From NCBI GenBank assembly GCA_963778075.1, contig CAVZTJ010000007.1:4134-68133 (forward strand): a stretch of DNA of 64,000 bases, read 5' to 3'. Both the position numbers and the translations under genes were made by a program. Each line of letters starts with the position of its first letter. Position 1 is the first letter of the stretch. The stretch comes from an uncultured Actinomycetota bacterium. GTDB lineage: Bacteria > Actinomycetota > Actinomycetes > Streptosporangiales > Streptosporangiaceae. The notes beneath the pieces were generated by a model, which saw only the letters and a list, made by a program, of their open reading frames with translations, was not told where the DNA came from and did not search any database. Below are positions 7,517-16,091 of the stretch, one piece after another.

Positions 7517-9129
7517 GCGCCGGCACCATCACCCCGTACCGCTCGGCCCAGTCGGCTGGGCAGGACGGTTTTCCCCAGCTGATGCGCGCCGAGTGGATCA
7601 AGTTCCGGAGCGTGCGCGGCTGGATCATCGGCATGGTGGTCGCTTTGCTGCTCATGCTCGCGGTCGGCCTGCTCGGCGTCCAGGCCAACATCGCGTGCAG
7701 CAGTGGCCCGAACGCGCCGGTCAAGCACGGTGCGGCCTGCGTCACGCCCGTTCCGGTCGGCCCAGGGGGTGGGCCGGTGACCGACAACTTCTACTTCGTG
7801 CGCCAGCCGCTGACCGGCAACGGCAGCATCACCGCCCAGGTGACGTCGCTGACCGGCGTCCAAGCGTCCGCGGCATCCTCGGGGCCGAACACCTCGCAGA
7901 CCCAGGACAGCCTGCGCGCCCTGCAGCCGTGGTCAAAGGCCGGGATCATCATCAAGCAGAGCACGAAGCAGGGATCGGCGTACGCCGCGATGATGGTCAC
8001 CGGCAGCAACGGCGTTCGGATGCAGTACGACTACACGCAGGACGTCGGCGGGCTGCCCGGCAAAGTCTCGGCGGCGCACCCGCGGTGGCTGCGGCTGACC
8101 CGGTCCGGCGACTCGATCACCGGCTACGACTCGGCCAACGGCACTCAGTGGACCAAGGTCGGCTCAGCCGACCTGGCCGCGCTGCCGTCGACCGTGCAGG
8201 TCGGACTGTTCGCCACCTCGCCGACGCACGTGTACGAGAGCTCGTCCTTCGGCAGCGGCAACTTCAACGGCGTGAACTCCATAGCCACCGGCGTGTTCGA
8301 CAACGTCGGCGTCTCCGGCCAGCACGGCGGTGCGTGGGCCGGAGACGCCGTCGGGGGCAGCCAGGGGCTCGGGCCAAACGGCCCAGGTGACAGCTACCGG
8401 CAGGCCGGCGGCAGCTTTACCGTCACCGGATCCGGCGACATCGCCCCGGTCACCGACGGCTCGGGGTCGAGCGTGGGCCCGTCCGGCACCATCGAGCAGC
8501 ACCTGGTGGGCACGTTCGCCGGGCTGATCGCGGTGGTTGTGATCGCGACGATGTTCATCACCGCGGAGTACCGGCGGGGCATGATCCGGGTCACCCTCGC
8601 CGCTACCCCGCGCCGGGGGCGGATGCTCGCCGCCAAGGCCGTGGTAATCGGCGCGGTCACGTTCGTGCTCGGGCTGATCGCTGCGATCATCGCGGTGCTC
8701 ATCGGCACCCGGCTGTCGGCCAACCAGGGCATCTACGTGTTCCCGGTGTCCTGGCCGACCGAGGCGCGCGTGCTGCTGGGCACCGCGGCCCTGCTCGCCG
8801 TCGGCGCGGTTCTCGCGCTCGCGGTCGGCACGATCCTGCGGCGCAGCGCCGCCGCGATCACCGCGGTGATCGCGGGGGTTGTGCTCACCTACATTCTCGC
8901 GATGGCATCCCTGGTGCCGCTCCCCGTTGCCGAGTGGCTGCTGCGGGTCACCCCGGCCGCCGGCTTCGCCATCCAGCAGAGCCTGCCGCGCTGGCCGCAG
9001 GTCACGGACGTCTACGGGCTCCCGCAGTACTACCCGCTGTCACCGTGGGCGGGCTTCGCCGTGCTGTGCGGCTACGCCGTGGTCGCGATGGGCCTGGCCG
9101 TCTTGCTGCTCCGCCGGAGGGACGCATGA
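7513..9129 (+). CDS. ABC-2 permease with a roughly 270-aa extracytoplasmic jelly-roll (ConA/LamG/DUF1349-like) insert
   Basis: Start MSAGTITPYR at ATG 7513 (ATGA overlap with the ATPase stop). TM1 WIIGMVVALLLMLAVGLLGV is followed by a soluble region to about 8499, then 5 TM helices. Confidence 0.8.
   Translation: MSAGTITPYRSAQSAGQDGFPQLMRAEWIKFRSVRGWIIGMVVALLLMLAVGLLGVQANIACSSGPNAPVKHGAACVTPVPVGPGGGPVTDNFYFVRQPLTGNGSITAQVTSLTGVQASAASSGPNTSQTQDSLRALQPWSKAGIIIKQSTKQGSAYAAMMVTGSNGVRMQYDYTQDVGGLPGKVSAAHPRWLRLTRSGDSITGYDSANGTQWTKVGSADLAALPSTVQVGLFATSPTHVYESSSFGSGNFNGVNSIATGVFDNVGVSGQHGGAWAGDAVGGSQGLGPNGPGDSYRQAGGSFTVTGSGDIAPVTDGSGSSVGPSGTIEQHLVGTFAGLIAVVVIATMFITAEYRRGMIRVTLAATPRRGRMLAAKAVVIGAVTFVLGLIAAIIAVLIGTRLSANQGIYVFPVSWPTEARVLLGTAALLAVGAVLALAVGTILRRSAAAITAVIAGVVLTYILAMASLVPLPVAEWLLRVTPAAGFAIQQSLPRWPQVTDVYGLPQYYPLSPWAGFAVLCGYAVVAMGLAVLLLRRRDA
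9031..9129 (+). repeat. copy A of the 99-nt duplicated gene-end cassette
   Basis: Last TM helix plus the stop/start junction of permease 1. 92/99 positions match 10016-10114 by hand alignment. Confidence 0.9.
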
Positions 9130-10004
9130 GCCATGCCCCGCCCGCGATCCAGGCGGACCCGTCGGCGGTGCACACAGCACCGGCGGGCCGGCGCGGCGCG
9201 CTACGCGCCGGGCTGGCGGCCATGCCGGACACCCTGTACGCCGAGTGGACCAAGCTGCGCACGGTGTCGGGCACTGCCTGGCTGCTGGCCGGTGCCGTGA
9301 CGGCGACCGCCGCGGTGAGCGCGGCCGCTGTCGCGGCCACCAAGTGCACGACGGGCCTCGGCTGCCCGGCCGACCCGACCAAGCTCAGCCTCACCGGGGT
9401 CTACCTCGGCCAGGCCGTGGTGGCGATCCTGGCCGTGCTCGCGGTCAGCAACGAATACAGCACCGGAATGGTCCGGGTCACCCTGGCCGCGATGCCGCGC
9501 CGCCTGGCGGTGCTGGCCGCCAAGGCAGCCATCGTCGGCGCGGTGGTGCTCGTGGCCGGGGCCGTCTCCGTCGCCGCGTCCCTGCTGGCCGGTCGGCTCC
9601 TGCTGCCCGGCAACGGGTTCACCGCGGCGCACGGCTTCGCGGCCGTTTCCCTGGCACACGGGCCGACGCTGCGGGCGGCCTGCGGCTCGGCGCTGTACCT
9701 GGCCCTGATCGCGATGTTCAGCCTCGGCATCGCCACCGCCGTGCGGGACTCGGCCGTGGCCATCGGGCTCAGCCTTGGCATGCTCTACCTCCCGCCGATC
9801 CTCATCGCCCTGACCGTGACCAACCCGGTATGGCTGCACCGCCTCCAGCGGTACACGCCGATGACCGCCGGCCTCACCATTCAGAACACCACCGGCCTGC
9901 ACGGCCTGCCGATCACTCCCTGGGCTGGCCTGGGCGTGCTGGCGCTCTGGGCCGCCGCCGCACTGCTGGCCGGCGGCCTGCTCCTCAGGGTGCGTGACGC
10001 GTGA
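9126..10004 (+). CDS. ABC-2 transporter permease
   Basis: Start MSHAPPAIQ at ATG 9126 (ATGA overlap). It has the EWTKLRTV amphipathic N-terminus plus 6 TM helices and is paralogous to 36127..36960. Confidence 0.8.
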   Translation: MSHAPPAIQADPSAVHTAPAGRRGALRAGLAAMPDTLYAEWTKLRTVSGTAWLLAGAVTATAAVSAAAVAATKCTTGLGCPADPTKLSLTGVYLGQAVVAILAVLAVSNEYSTGMVRVTLAAMPRRLAVLAAKAAIVGAVVLVAGAVSVAASLLAGRLLLPGNGFTAAHGFAAVSLAHGPTLRAACGSALYLALIAMFSLGIATAVRDSAVAIGLSLGMLYLPPILIALTVTNPVWLHRLQRYTPMTAGLTIQNTTGLHGLPITPWAGLGVLALWAAAALLAGGLLLRVRDA

Positions 10005-10114
10005 CCATCACCGCGTACCCGCTGGCGCCGTGGGCGGGCTTCGCCGTACTGTGCGGATACGCCGTGCTCGCGATGGGCCTGGCCGTCTTCCTGCTCCGCC
10101 GGAGGGGCGCATGA
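10001..10114 (+). CDS. 37-codon micro-ORF encoding a duplicated single TM helix (possibly only a recombination scar)
   Basis: GTG 10001 overlaps the permease-2 stop (GTGA) and TGA 10112-10114 overlaps the next ATG (ATGA). Encodes VTITAYPLAPWAGFAVLCGYAVLAMGLAVFLLRRRGA. Confidence 0.3.
   Translation: MTITAYPLAPWAGFAVLCGYAVLAMGLAVFLLRRRGA
10016..10114 (+). repeat. copy B of the 99-nt duplicated gene-end cassette
   Basis: See copy A. Flanks upstream of the repeat differ (ccgcagtac versus atcaccgcg). Confidence 0.9.
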
Positions 10115-11388
10115 CCAGTGGCCAGGCGGTGCGGCCTCCGCAGGCCGTCGCGTCGGCGCCTGCGCCATCGCCGTGGCTGGTCAGGCGGCTGTTCCCGATA
10201 CTGGCCACCGTCAGCCTCATCGTCATCGGCATGATCGGGACCACGATCATCGGCCCGCACCTGGTCGGCCGGGTCCGCTGGTCACTGCCGGACGACCTGT
10301 GGGGAACGCTGATCGCCGCGGACCGCCTGGTGCATCTCAACCTGGCCGGCCTGTACACCCAGCCCACCGGACTGGTCACGTTTCCCGGAGCGGCGGTGAT
10401 CCTGGCCCCGGTGGCTACGCTCATCGACGCGGCGGGGCTCTCGCTGCAGCACCCGGGACCGCATAACCCGCAGCCGGCGGCGTGGCTGATCGCTGGCCCC
10501 TACATGATCGCCATCTCGGGAGTGGCGCTGTTCGCCGCTGACGCGCTCGCCGAGCGGCTGGGGGTGCCGCGGTGGAAGCGCTTCTTCCTCGCCGCCGCGA
10601 GCGCGGTCGCGCTGTGGAACGTCTCGGTCCAGTGGGGCCACCCCGAGGACGCCGTGGCCGTGGGGCTGCTGCTGTTCGGGATCCTGGCGCTGTCCGAGGC
10701 ACGGACCGCCCGCTCGGCGTGGCTGCTCGGCGCGGCGATCGCGGTGCAGCCACTCGTGCTGCTCGCCCTGCCCATCCTGCTCGTGGCGATCGAGCCGAGA
10801 CGGATCGCTGGCTTTCTGGCCAGGGCGGCTGCCCCGGCGGCGGTCCTGCTCGGCGCCGCCGCGGCGGCCAACTGGCACGCCACCTATCTCGCGGTGGCCC
10901 ACCAGCCTAACTGGCCGACCGTGGACCATCCCACTCCGTGGACACCGCTCGCCCCGCACATGGCTGCCGGAGCGGTCGCCGGCGGCCCGTTCCGGCTCCT
11001 GGCCATCCTGGCGGCCTGCGGGTGCGCGCTCTTCGTCGCACGACGGCTGCGGGCGCGGCACGCGCCCGGGCGGAACGGGGAGTGGAGTGAGGAAACGCTC
11101 CGGGAACTGCTGTGGTGGGCCGCCCTCGCGCTGGGCCTGCGCTGCGTGTTCGAGCCGGTGATGGTCGCCTACTACCTGTGGCCGGCGCTGGCGGTGGCGC
11201 TCATCGCGGCGACCAGGACCTGGCCACGCCTGCTCGCCACGTCTGTCATCGCCGCCGCGGTCACCTTCGGGTCGCAGTCCGCCTGGCGCAGCCCGTGGGG
11301 CTGGTGGGGGTCCATGATCGTGGGCCTGGCGCTGACCCTGCTGTTCGCCGGCGTTCCGTCGCTCGGCAGGCCACAGCAGTCAGCCTGA
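10111..11388 (+). CDS. polytopic membrane protein, possibly a GT-C-fold (DUF2029/GT87-like) glycosyltransferase
   Basis: Start MTSGQAVRPP at ATG 10111. About 10 or more TM helices, a first loop with SLPDDLWGTLIAADRL (acidic DD motif), and GHPEDAVAVGLLLFGILAL. The function call is weak. Confidence 0.6.
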   Translation: MTSGQAVRPPQAVASAPAPSPWLVRRLFPILATVSLIVIGMIGTTIIGPHLVGRVRWSLPDDLWGTLIAADRLVHLNLAGLYTQPTGLVTFPGAAVILAPVATLIDAAGLSLQHPGPHNPQPAAWLIAGPYMIAISGVALFAADALAERLGVPRWKRFFLAAASAVALWNVSVQWGHPEDAVAVGLLLFGILALSEARTARSAWLLGAAIAVQPLVLLALPILLVAIEPRRIAGFLARAAAPAAVLLGAAAAANWHATYLAVAHQPNWPTVDHPTPWTPLAPHMAAGAVAGGPFRLLAILAACGCALFVARRLRARHAPGRNGEWSEETLRELLWWAALALGLRCVFEPVMVAYYLWPALAVALIAATRTWPRLLATSVIAAAVTFGSQSAWRSPWGWWGSMIVGLALTLLFAGVPSLGRPQQSA

Positions 11389-11427
11389 CATGCGTTTTGA
11401 GTGCCGCATTCGTGACACGCTTTATAG

Positions 11428-11456
11428 TTACGTGCGAGCAGTAATCGCGCACGTAA
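11428..11456. promoter_or_regulatory. 9-bp inverted repeat TTACGTGCG-N11-CGCACGTAA upstream of 11464
   Basis: AT-rich 75-nt intergenic region with a TATAGT -10-like hexamer at 11423-11428. The operator role is inferred. Confidence 0.4.
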
Positions 11457-11463
11457 TAAAACC

Positions 11464-12135
11464 ATGGAGCACGCAGTGGCGGACATCGAGGAACCAGGAC
11501 GGTGCGAGGCCTGCGGTCGCCAGCTTCCGCCCCAGCAAGGCAGAGGCCGACGTAGGCGGTACTGTGACGCTACCTGCAGGAGCGCTGCACGGCGGCGCCG
11601 GGCGCGCGGGGGAGCGGACGTGGCCGAAGAGCGCGACTCGCGGGGCGTCAACATTGCTTTGACGGAAGGCGCGCGTCATGACAATCTTGACGCCATGGCA
11701 TCCGCGGATCCCGTTGCCAGTGCGGTCCGGGTGACCGCTGGCCGGCTCGTGGACCAGCTCGCCCGTCCGGGCGCGGGCTCGCCGCTGGCAGCGGTGGCGG
11801 CGGCACGGGAACTGTCCGCCGCCACGGACGCCGCCCTGCAGGCGGCGGTCGACCGGGCGCGGGCCGCCGGGAACAGCTGGAAGCGGATCGGCGACGTGCT
11901 CGGCACGACCAGGCAGGCGGCGTTCCAGCGGTTCGGGCGCCCGGTTGATCCCCGCACCGGCCAGCCGATGACCCGGGCGGTCCCGCCCGGGCTGGCCGAA
12001 CGGGCGGTGGCGCTGTTCATCGCCCGGGCCGAGGGTCGCTGGGAGGACGTTCTCCGCGACTTCAACGAGAAAATGCGCGACAAGCTCGACGCCGACCAGC
12101 TGGCTGCCGGCCCGGAGGTCAGCCGCCCCGGGTGA
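11464..12135 (+). CDS. hypothetical protein (CxxC/Arg-rich N-terminus, HTH-like segment, DUF3887-like tail)
   Basis: CEACGRQLPPQQGRGRRRRYCDATCRSAARRRR; SWKRIGDVLGTTRQAAFQRFG. The C-terminal segment stops where the convergent reductase gene begins. Confidence 0.6.
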   Translation: MEHAVADIEEPGRCEACGRQLPPQQGRGRRRRYCDATCRSAARRRRARGGADVAEERDSRGVNIALTEGARHDNLDAMASADPVASAVRVTAGRLVDQLARPGAGSPLAAVAAARELSAATDAALQAAVDRARAAGNSWKRIGDVLGTTRQAAFQRFGRPVDPRTGQPMTRAVPPGLAERAVALFIARAEGRWEDVLRDFNEKMRDKLDADQLAAGPEVSRPG

Positions 12136-12973
12136 TGGCCGCGACCTCGTCGGCGCTCAGCTCGATCGAGGCGGCGGCGACGTTCGCCTCGACGTGCTCG
12201 GCCGAACCGCTGCCCGGGATCGGCAGGATCTGCGGCGACCGCGCGAGCAGCCAGGCCAGCCCGATCTGCCGCGGGCTCACGTCATGCCGCTTCGCCGCCT
12301 CCGCGATCGCCGGGTTGTCATCGGTCTGCTGGATCGGCGCCCATGGCAGGAACGCGATCTGCTCGAGCTCGCACACGTCGATCACCGGCTCGGACTTGCG
12401 GTCGGTCGCGTTGTACCGGTTCTGCACCGACACGACCGGCGTGATCTGCTGCGCCGCACGCAACTGCTGCTCGGACACGTTAGAGATCCCGATGTGCCGG
12501 ATCTTGCCCTCGTTCTTGAGCTCGACCAGCGCGCCGAGCGACTCGGCCAGCGGGACGCGGTTGTCGGGCCGGTGGAACTGGTACAGCGGGATCTGGTCGA
12601 GCCGCAGCCGCTGCAGGCTGCCCTCGCACGCCGCACGCAGGTGCTCCGGCCTGCCGTCGGCGTCCCATCGGCCAGGGCCGGGGCGCACCAGCCCGCCCTT
12701 GGTCGCGATGACCAGGTCGTCGGGGTAGGGGTACAGCGTCTCGGCGATCAGGCGCTCACTGACCTCGGGGCCGTAGGAGTCGGCGGTGTCGATGAAGTTG
12801 ACGCCGAGCTCCACCACCTTGCGCAGCGCGGCCTTGGCCCGGTCCGGATCCGCCGGCTCGCGCCAGATGCCGTCGCCGGTGATCCGCATCGCGCCGTAGC
12901 CCATCCGGCGCACCACGAGGTCGCCGCCGATCTCGATGGTGCCCGCCGCTGCCGCGCTGGCCGGACCGGTCAT
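12119..12973 (-). CDS. aldo/keto reductase
   Basis: Start MTGPASAAAAG at 12973. GYGAMRITG, NFIDTADSYG, LDQIPLYQFHRPD, IRHIGISN and PIPGSGSAEH are classic AKR motifs. The 573-aa track ORF is a read-through artefact. Confidence 0.9.
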   Translation of the reverse strand: MTGPASAAAAGTIEIGGDLVVRRMGYGAMRITGDGIWREPADPDRAKAALRKVVELGVNFIDTADSYGPEVSERLIAETLYPYPDDLVIATKGGLVRPGPGRWDADGRPEHLRAACEGSLQRLRLDQIPLYQFHRPDNRVPLAESLGALVELKNEGKIRHIGISNVSEQQLRAAQQITPVVSVQNRYNATDRKSEPVIDVCELEQIAFLPWAPIQQTDDNPAIAEAAKRHDVSPRQIGLAWLLARSPQILPIPGSGSAEHVEANVAAASIELSADEVAAITRGG

Positions 12974-12984
12974 GAAGAGCCTCC

Positions 12985-13695
12985 CTAGTCCATGGTGATC
13001 GTCGTCTTGGGCGAGGCCCGGCGCCGGCTGAGCGGGTTCGACTGCATGACCTCGGCCATCTCGTCGGGGCTGAGCTCCGGCTCGGGGAGCGGGCGGCCCG
13101 ACGCGCTGGCCGGGCGCAGGGCATCCAGGATCAGCGCCAGGTACCGGCGCCAGACCGTGGGCCGTACGTGCCACGCGTACTCGGCAGCCGCCGCGACCAT
13201 GAACTCGATCATAGGGACGTCGGTCGGCCTCAGGTCGGCCCGGACCTGGCCAGCGGCCTGGGCCCGCTCGATCAGGCTCCCGATGGCCGGCCGCATCCGG
13301 TCCCTGGCGCAGATGCCCCGGTCGTGGCCCTCGGCGGCGAACATCAGGATCTGGCGCAGGCCGCGGTTGCTGACGAGCATCTCGGCGGAGCGCTCGAGGA
13401 ATGACACCAGCGCCGCCCACGCGTCCGGCTCGGCCTGGGCCTGCTCGGCCAGCCCTACCAGCGCGTCGATGCGCTCGTCGAACAGCGCGTCCGCGAGGGA
13501 CGCCTTGTCGGGGAACCGCCGGTAGACCGTGCCCACGCCCACTCCGGCGTGCCGGGCCACGTCGTCGAGGCTGGGCTCGAGCCCCCGCTCGGTGAAGAGC
13601 TCCGCCGCCGCCGCGAGGATCCGCTGCCGGTTGCGCTCGGCGTCGGCACGCAGCAGCCGCCCGGGCCGGGCACCCCTTCTTTCCTCGGTGTTCAC
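12985..13695 (-). CDS. TetR-family transcriptional regulator
   Basis: RNRQRILAAAAELFTERGLEPSLDDVARHAGVGVGTVYRRFPDK (TetR HTH). Divergent from an MFS efflux gene. Confidence 0.9.
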   Translation of the reverse strand: MNTEERRGARPGRLLRADAERNRQRILAAAAELFTERGLEPSLDDVARHAGVGVGTVYRRFPDKASLADALFDERIDALVGLAEQAQAEPDAWAALVSFLERSAEMLVSNRGLRQILMFAAEGHDRGICARDRMRPAIGSLIERAQAAGQVRADLRPTDVPMIEFMVAAAAEYAWHVRPTVWRRYLALILDALRPASASGRPLPEPELSPDEMAEVMQSNPLSRRRASPKTTITMD

Positions 13696-13785
13696 CCCAG
13701 CATCGTACCCTTAGTGGAGGCCGCACCTCCGGTTCTGCTAGCCTCGGCAGTAAGTGGAGATGACTCCTCCAGATAGGAGCGACCG

Positions 13786-15357
13786 ATGTCTGTTGCTGAC
13801 GTTCCTGGTGGCGCCCAAGGCGGGGCCGTTCCGGCTGCACGGGCCGGGGAGCCGGATCCCCGGCGATGGTTCATACTTGCGGTCGTCGGGCTGGCGCAGC
13901 TGATGATCGTGCTCGACATCACGGTCATGAACATCGCCCTGCCGTCCGCGCAGCGGGCGCTGCACTTCTCGAACGTCGACCGGCAATGGGTCATCACCGC
14001 GTACGCGCTCGCGTTCGGCAGCCTGCTGCTGTTCGGCGGCCGGCTGGGCGACCTGTTCGGCCGCAAGGTGACCTTCCTGACCGGGCTGGCCGGCTTCGCC
14101 ATCGCCTCAGCGGTCGGCGGCGCGTCGGTCAACTTCACGATGCTCATTACCGCGCGCGCCTGCCAGGGCGTGTTCGGCGCGCTGCTGGCCCCGGCCGCGC
14201 TGTCCGTGCTGACGACCACGTTCAGCGACCCGAAGGAACGGGGACGGGCGTTCGGCGTGTACGGGGCGATCGCCGGCGGCGGCGGGCTGGTGGGGCTGCT
14301 GCTCGGCGGCGTGCTGACCGAGTACCTCGACTGGCGCTGGTGCCTGTACGTGAACCTGGTCTTCGCGGTGGTGGCCGCGGCGGGGGCGGTGGTCTTCCTG
14401 TCCAGCCAGGGATCGGCGGCCTCCGGCGCCCGGCTCGACTGGCTCGGCACGCTGCTGGTCTCCGGGTCGATGTTCTGCCTGGTCTTCGGGTTCTCCAACG
14501 CGGCGACGCACAGCTGGCACACGTCGTCGACGTGGGGCTTCCTGGCCGCGGGGGTCGTGCTGCTGGCCGGCTTCGTCGCCTGGCAGTTCCGCGCGGCACA
14601 CCCGCTGCTGCCGCCGCGGGTGGTCCTCGACCGCAACCGCGGCGGCGCCTACCTGGCGATCCTGATAGTGGGCGCGTCGATGTTCGGCCTTTTCCTGTTC
14701 CTCACCTACTACCTGCAGACGATCCTCGGCTACTCGCCGGTGATCACCGGCGTGGCGTTCCTGCCGGCCATCGGGATGGTGATGATCTTCGCCCAGATCT
14801 CCAACATCGTGCTGATGCCTCGGGTCGGCCCGAAGCCCCTCGTGGGGTTCGGCATGCTGATCGCGGCTGTCGGCATGGCGTGGCTCACCAGGATCGGCGT
14901 GCACTCCAGCTACGCATCCGCGGTGCTCGGGCCGCTGATGGTGGCCGGTGCCGGCATCGGCCTTTCGATGCCTCCGTCGATGAACACCGGGACCTTCGGC
15001 GTGGCGCCGAGCGACGCGGGCGTCGCGTCCGCCACGCTCAACGTCGGCCAGCAGCTCGGCGGCTCCATCGGCACCGCGCTGCTCAACACGATCGCCACCA
15101 GCGCGGCCGCGGCGTACGTGGCCAGCCATCTCACCAAGGCGATCGCGATCTCGCCAGCGGCGCGGGGTGCGCTCCAGGAAGCCGCCGCCGTGCACGGGTA
15201 CACGACGGGGTTCTGGTGGACGGCGGGCTTCTTCGCCGGCGGAGCCATCGTGTGCGGGACCTTGTTCCGCCGCGGGCCACTCGCCCGGCAGGCGCAGACC
15301 CTGCCGGCCGGCAGTCAGCAGCCGCAGCCCGCGCCGGGGCAGTCCGTCAGGACCTGA
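13786..15357 (+). CDS. MFS drug:H+ antiporter, DHA2/EmrB-QacA type (14 TMS)
   Basis: LDITVMNIALPS, GGRLGDLFGRK, 14 hydrophobic segments. Confidence 0.9.
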   Translation: MSVADVPGGAQGGAVPAARAGEPDPRRWFILAVVGLAQLMIVLDITVMNIALPSAQRALHFSNVDRQWVITAYALAFGSLLLFGGRLGDLFGRKVTFLTGLAGFAIASAVGGASVNFTMLITARACQGVFGALLAPAALSVLTTTFSDPKERGRAFGVYGAIAGGGGLVGLLLGGVLTEYLDWRWCLYVNLVFAVVAAAGAVVFLSSQGSAASGARLDWLGTLLVSGSMFCLVFGFSNAATHSWHTSSTWGFLAAGVVLLAGFVAWQFRAAHPLLPPRVVLDRNRGGAYLAILIVGASMFGLFLFLTYYLQTILGYSPVITGVAFLPAIGMVMIFAQISNIVLMPRVGPKPLVGFGMLIAAVGMAWLTRIGVHSSYASAVLGPLMVAGAGIGLSMPPSMNTGTFGVAPSDAGVASATLNVGQQLGGSIGTALLNTIATSAAAAYVASHLTKAIAISPAARGALQEAAAVHGYTTGFWWTAGFFAGGAIVCGTLFRRGPLARQAQTLPAGSQQPQPAPGQSVRT

Positions 15358-15403
15358 CGTCTCATGCCGCGCGCCGTCAGGACCCGACGCCTCGTGCTGC
15401 GCG
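15344..15403. repeat. tandem 30-nt duplication (26/30 identical)
   Basis: ccgtcaggacctgacgtctcatgccgcgcg / ccgtcaggacccgacgcctcgtgctgcgcg. Covers the MFS stop (15355-15357) and the stop of the convergent LuxR gene (15377-15379). Confidence 0.8.
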
Positions 15404-16045
15404 CTGGCCGGTCCCGGACGAGCACTCGGCGCGGACCCGCTCGGCGAGGTCGAGCTTGGTGTAGACGGGCAGCCCCGCTTCGCGGTACTTGGCCTTGACC
15501 CGCTTCAGGTAGGTCTTTGCGGTCTCCGGGCTGATCCCCAGGCTCCGGGCGGTCGACTCGAGGGTCAGCCCCGAGACGTACGCCATCAGCACCGCGTGTT
15601 CCCGCTCGGACAGCGGCGGCCGTCCCGTCGACCCGGCAGGCTCGGCGGCCATGGTCGGGCCGAGCGACCACGCCGTGCCGCCCAGCGCGATCGCGCGCAC
15701 CGTCGCTCCCAGCGCCGCCATGTCGTGGTTATGCGTCAGGTAGCCGTGCGCTCCGGCAGAGAGCGTGCGCGCGACCATGGTCAGATCGACCGACCCGTCG
15801 ATGACCACGACCCGGTGGCTCGCCTCGACCAGCCACCGCACGCTGTCCGCCGGGTCAGTCCCGGTGCGCAGCGTCGAGTTCAGCAGCACGATGAAGGACC
15901 GGCCCGCGGCGGTCCGCAGCAACTCCTCGACGGTTGACGTGACCATTGCCAGGCGGATGTCTGGCTGCGTCCCGGCCCAGGCGCGCAGGCCGTCGGCGAA
16001 CATCCGGTTGTCCTCGACGGCCGCAACGTCGATGACGTCAGTCAT
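15377..16045 (-). CDS. orphan LuxR-family regulator with a degenerate receiver domain
   Basis: C-terminal LuxR HTH (LSEREHAVLMAYVSGLTLESTARSLGISPETAKTYLKRV). The receiver-like N-terminus has IVLLNSTL where the phospho-Asp (LxD) is expected, and GYLTH where the conserved Lys is expected. No kinase gene is adjacent. Confidence 0.8.
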   Translation of the reverse strand: MTDVIDVAAVEDNRMFADGLRAWAGTQPDIRLAMVTSTVEELLRTAAGRSFIVLLNSTLRTGTDPADSVRWLVEASHRVVVIDGSVDLTMVARTLSAGAHGYLTHNHDMAALGATVRAIALGGTAWSLGPTMAAEPAGSTGRPPLSEREHAVLMAYVSGLTLESTARSLGISPETAKTYLKRVKAKYREAGLPVYTKLDLAERVRAECSSGTGQRAARGVGS

Positions 16046-16062
16046 CCCCGCTCCTCAGCTTG

Positions 16063-16091
16063 TGCGTCCCGAGACACCCCGCTGCGTCCCG
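16063..16091. promoter_or_regulatory. direct repeat tgcgtcccg x2 (20-nt spacing) in the divergent intergenic region
   Basis: Copies at 16063-16071 and 16083-16091, between the LuxR gene and the 16265 gene. A binding-site role is an inference. Confidence 0.25.

Noticed and set aside
12119-13840. 573-aa minus-strand ORF spanning the reductase and TetR region
   Set aside because: Only the C-terminal 284 aa (from ATG 12973) are aldo/keto reductase. The TetR regulator is encoded in another frame (12985..13695). The remainder is a read-through artefact.
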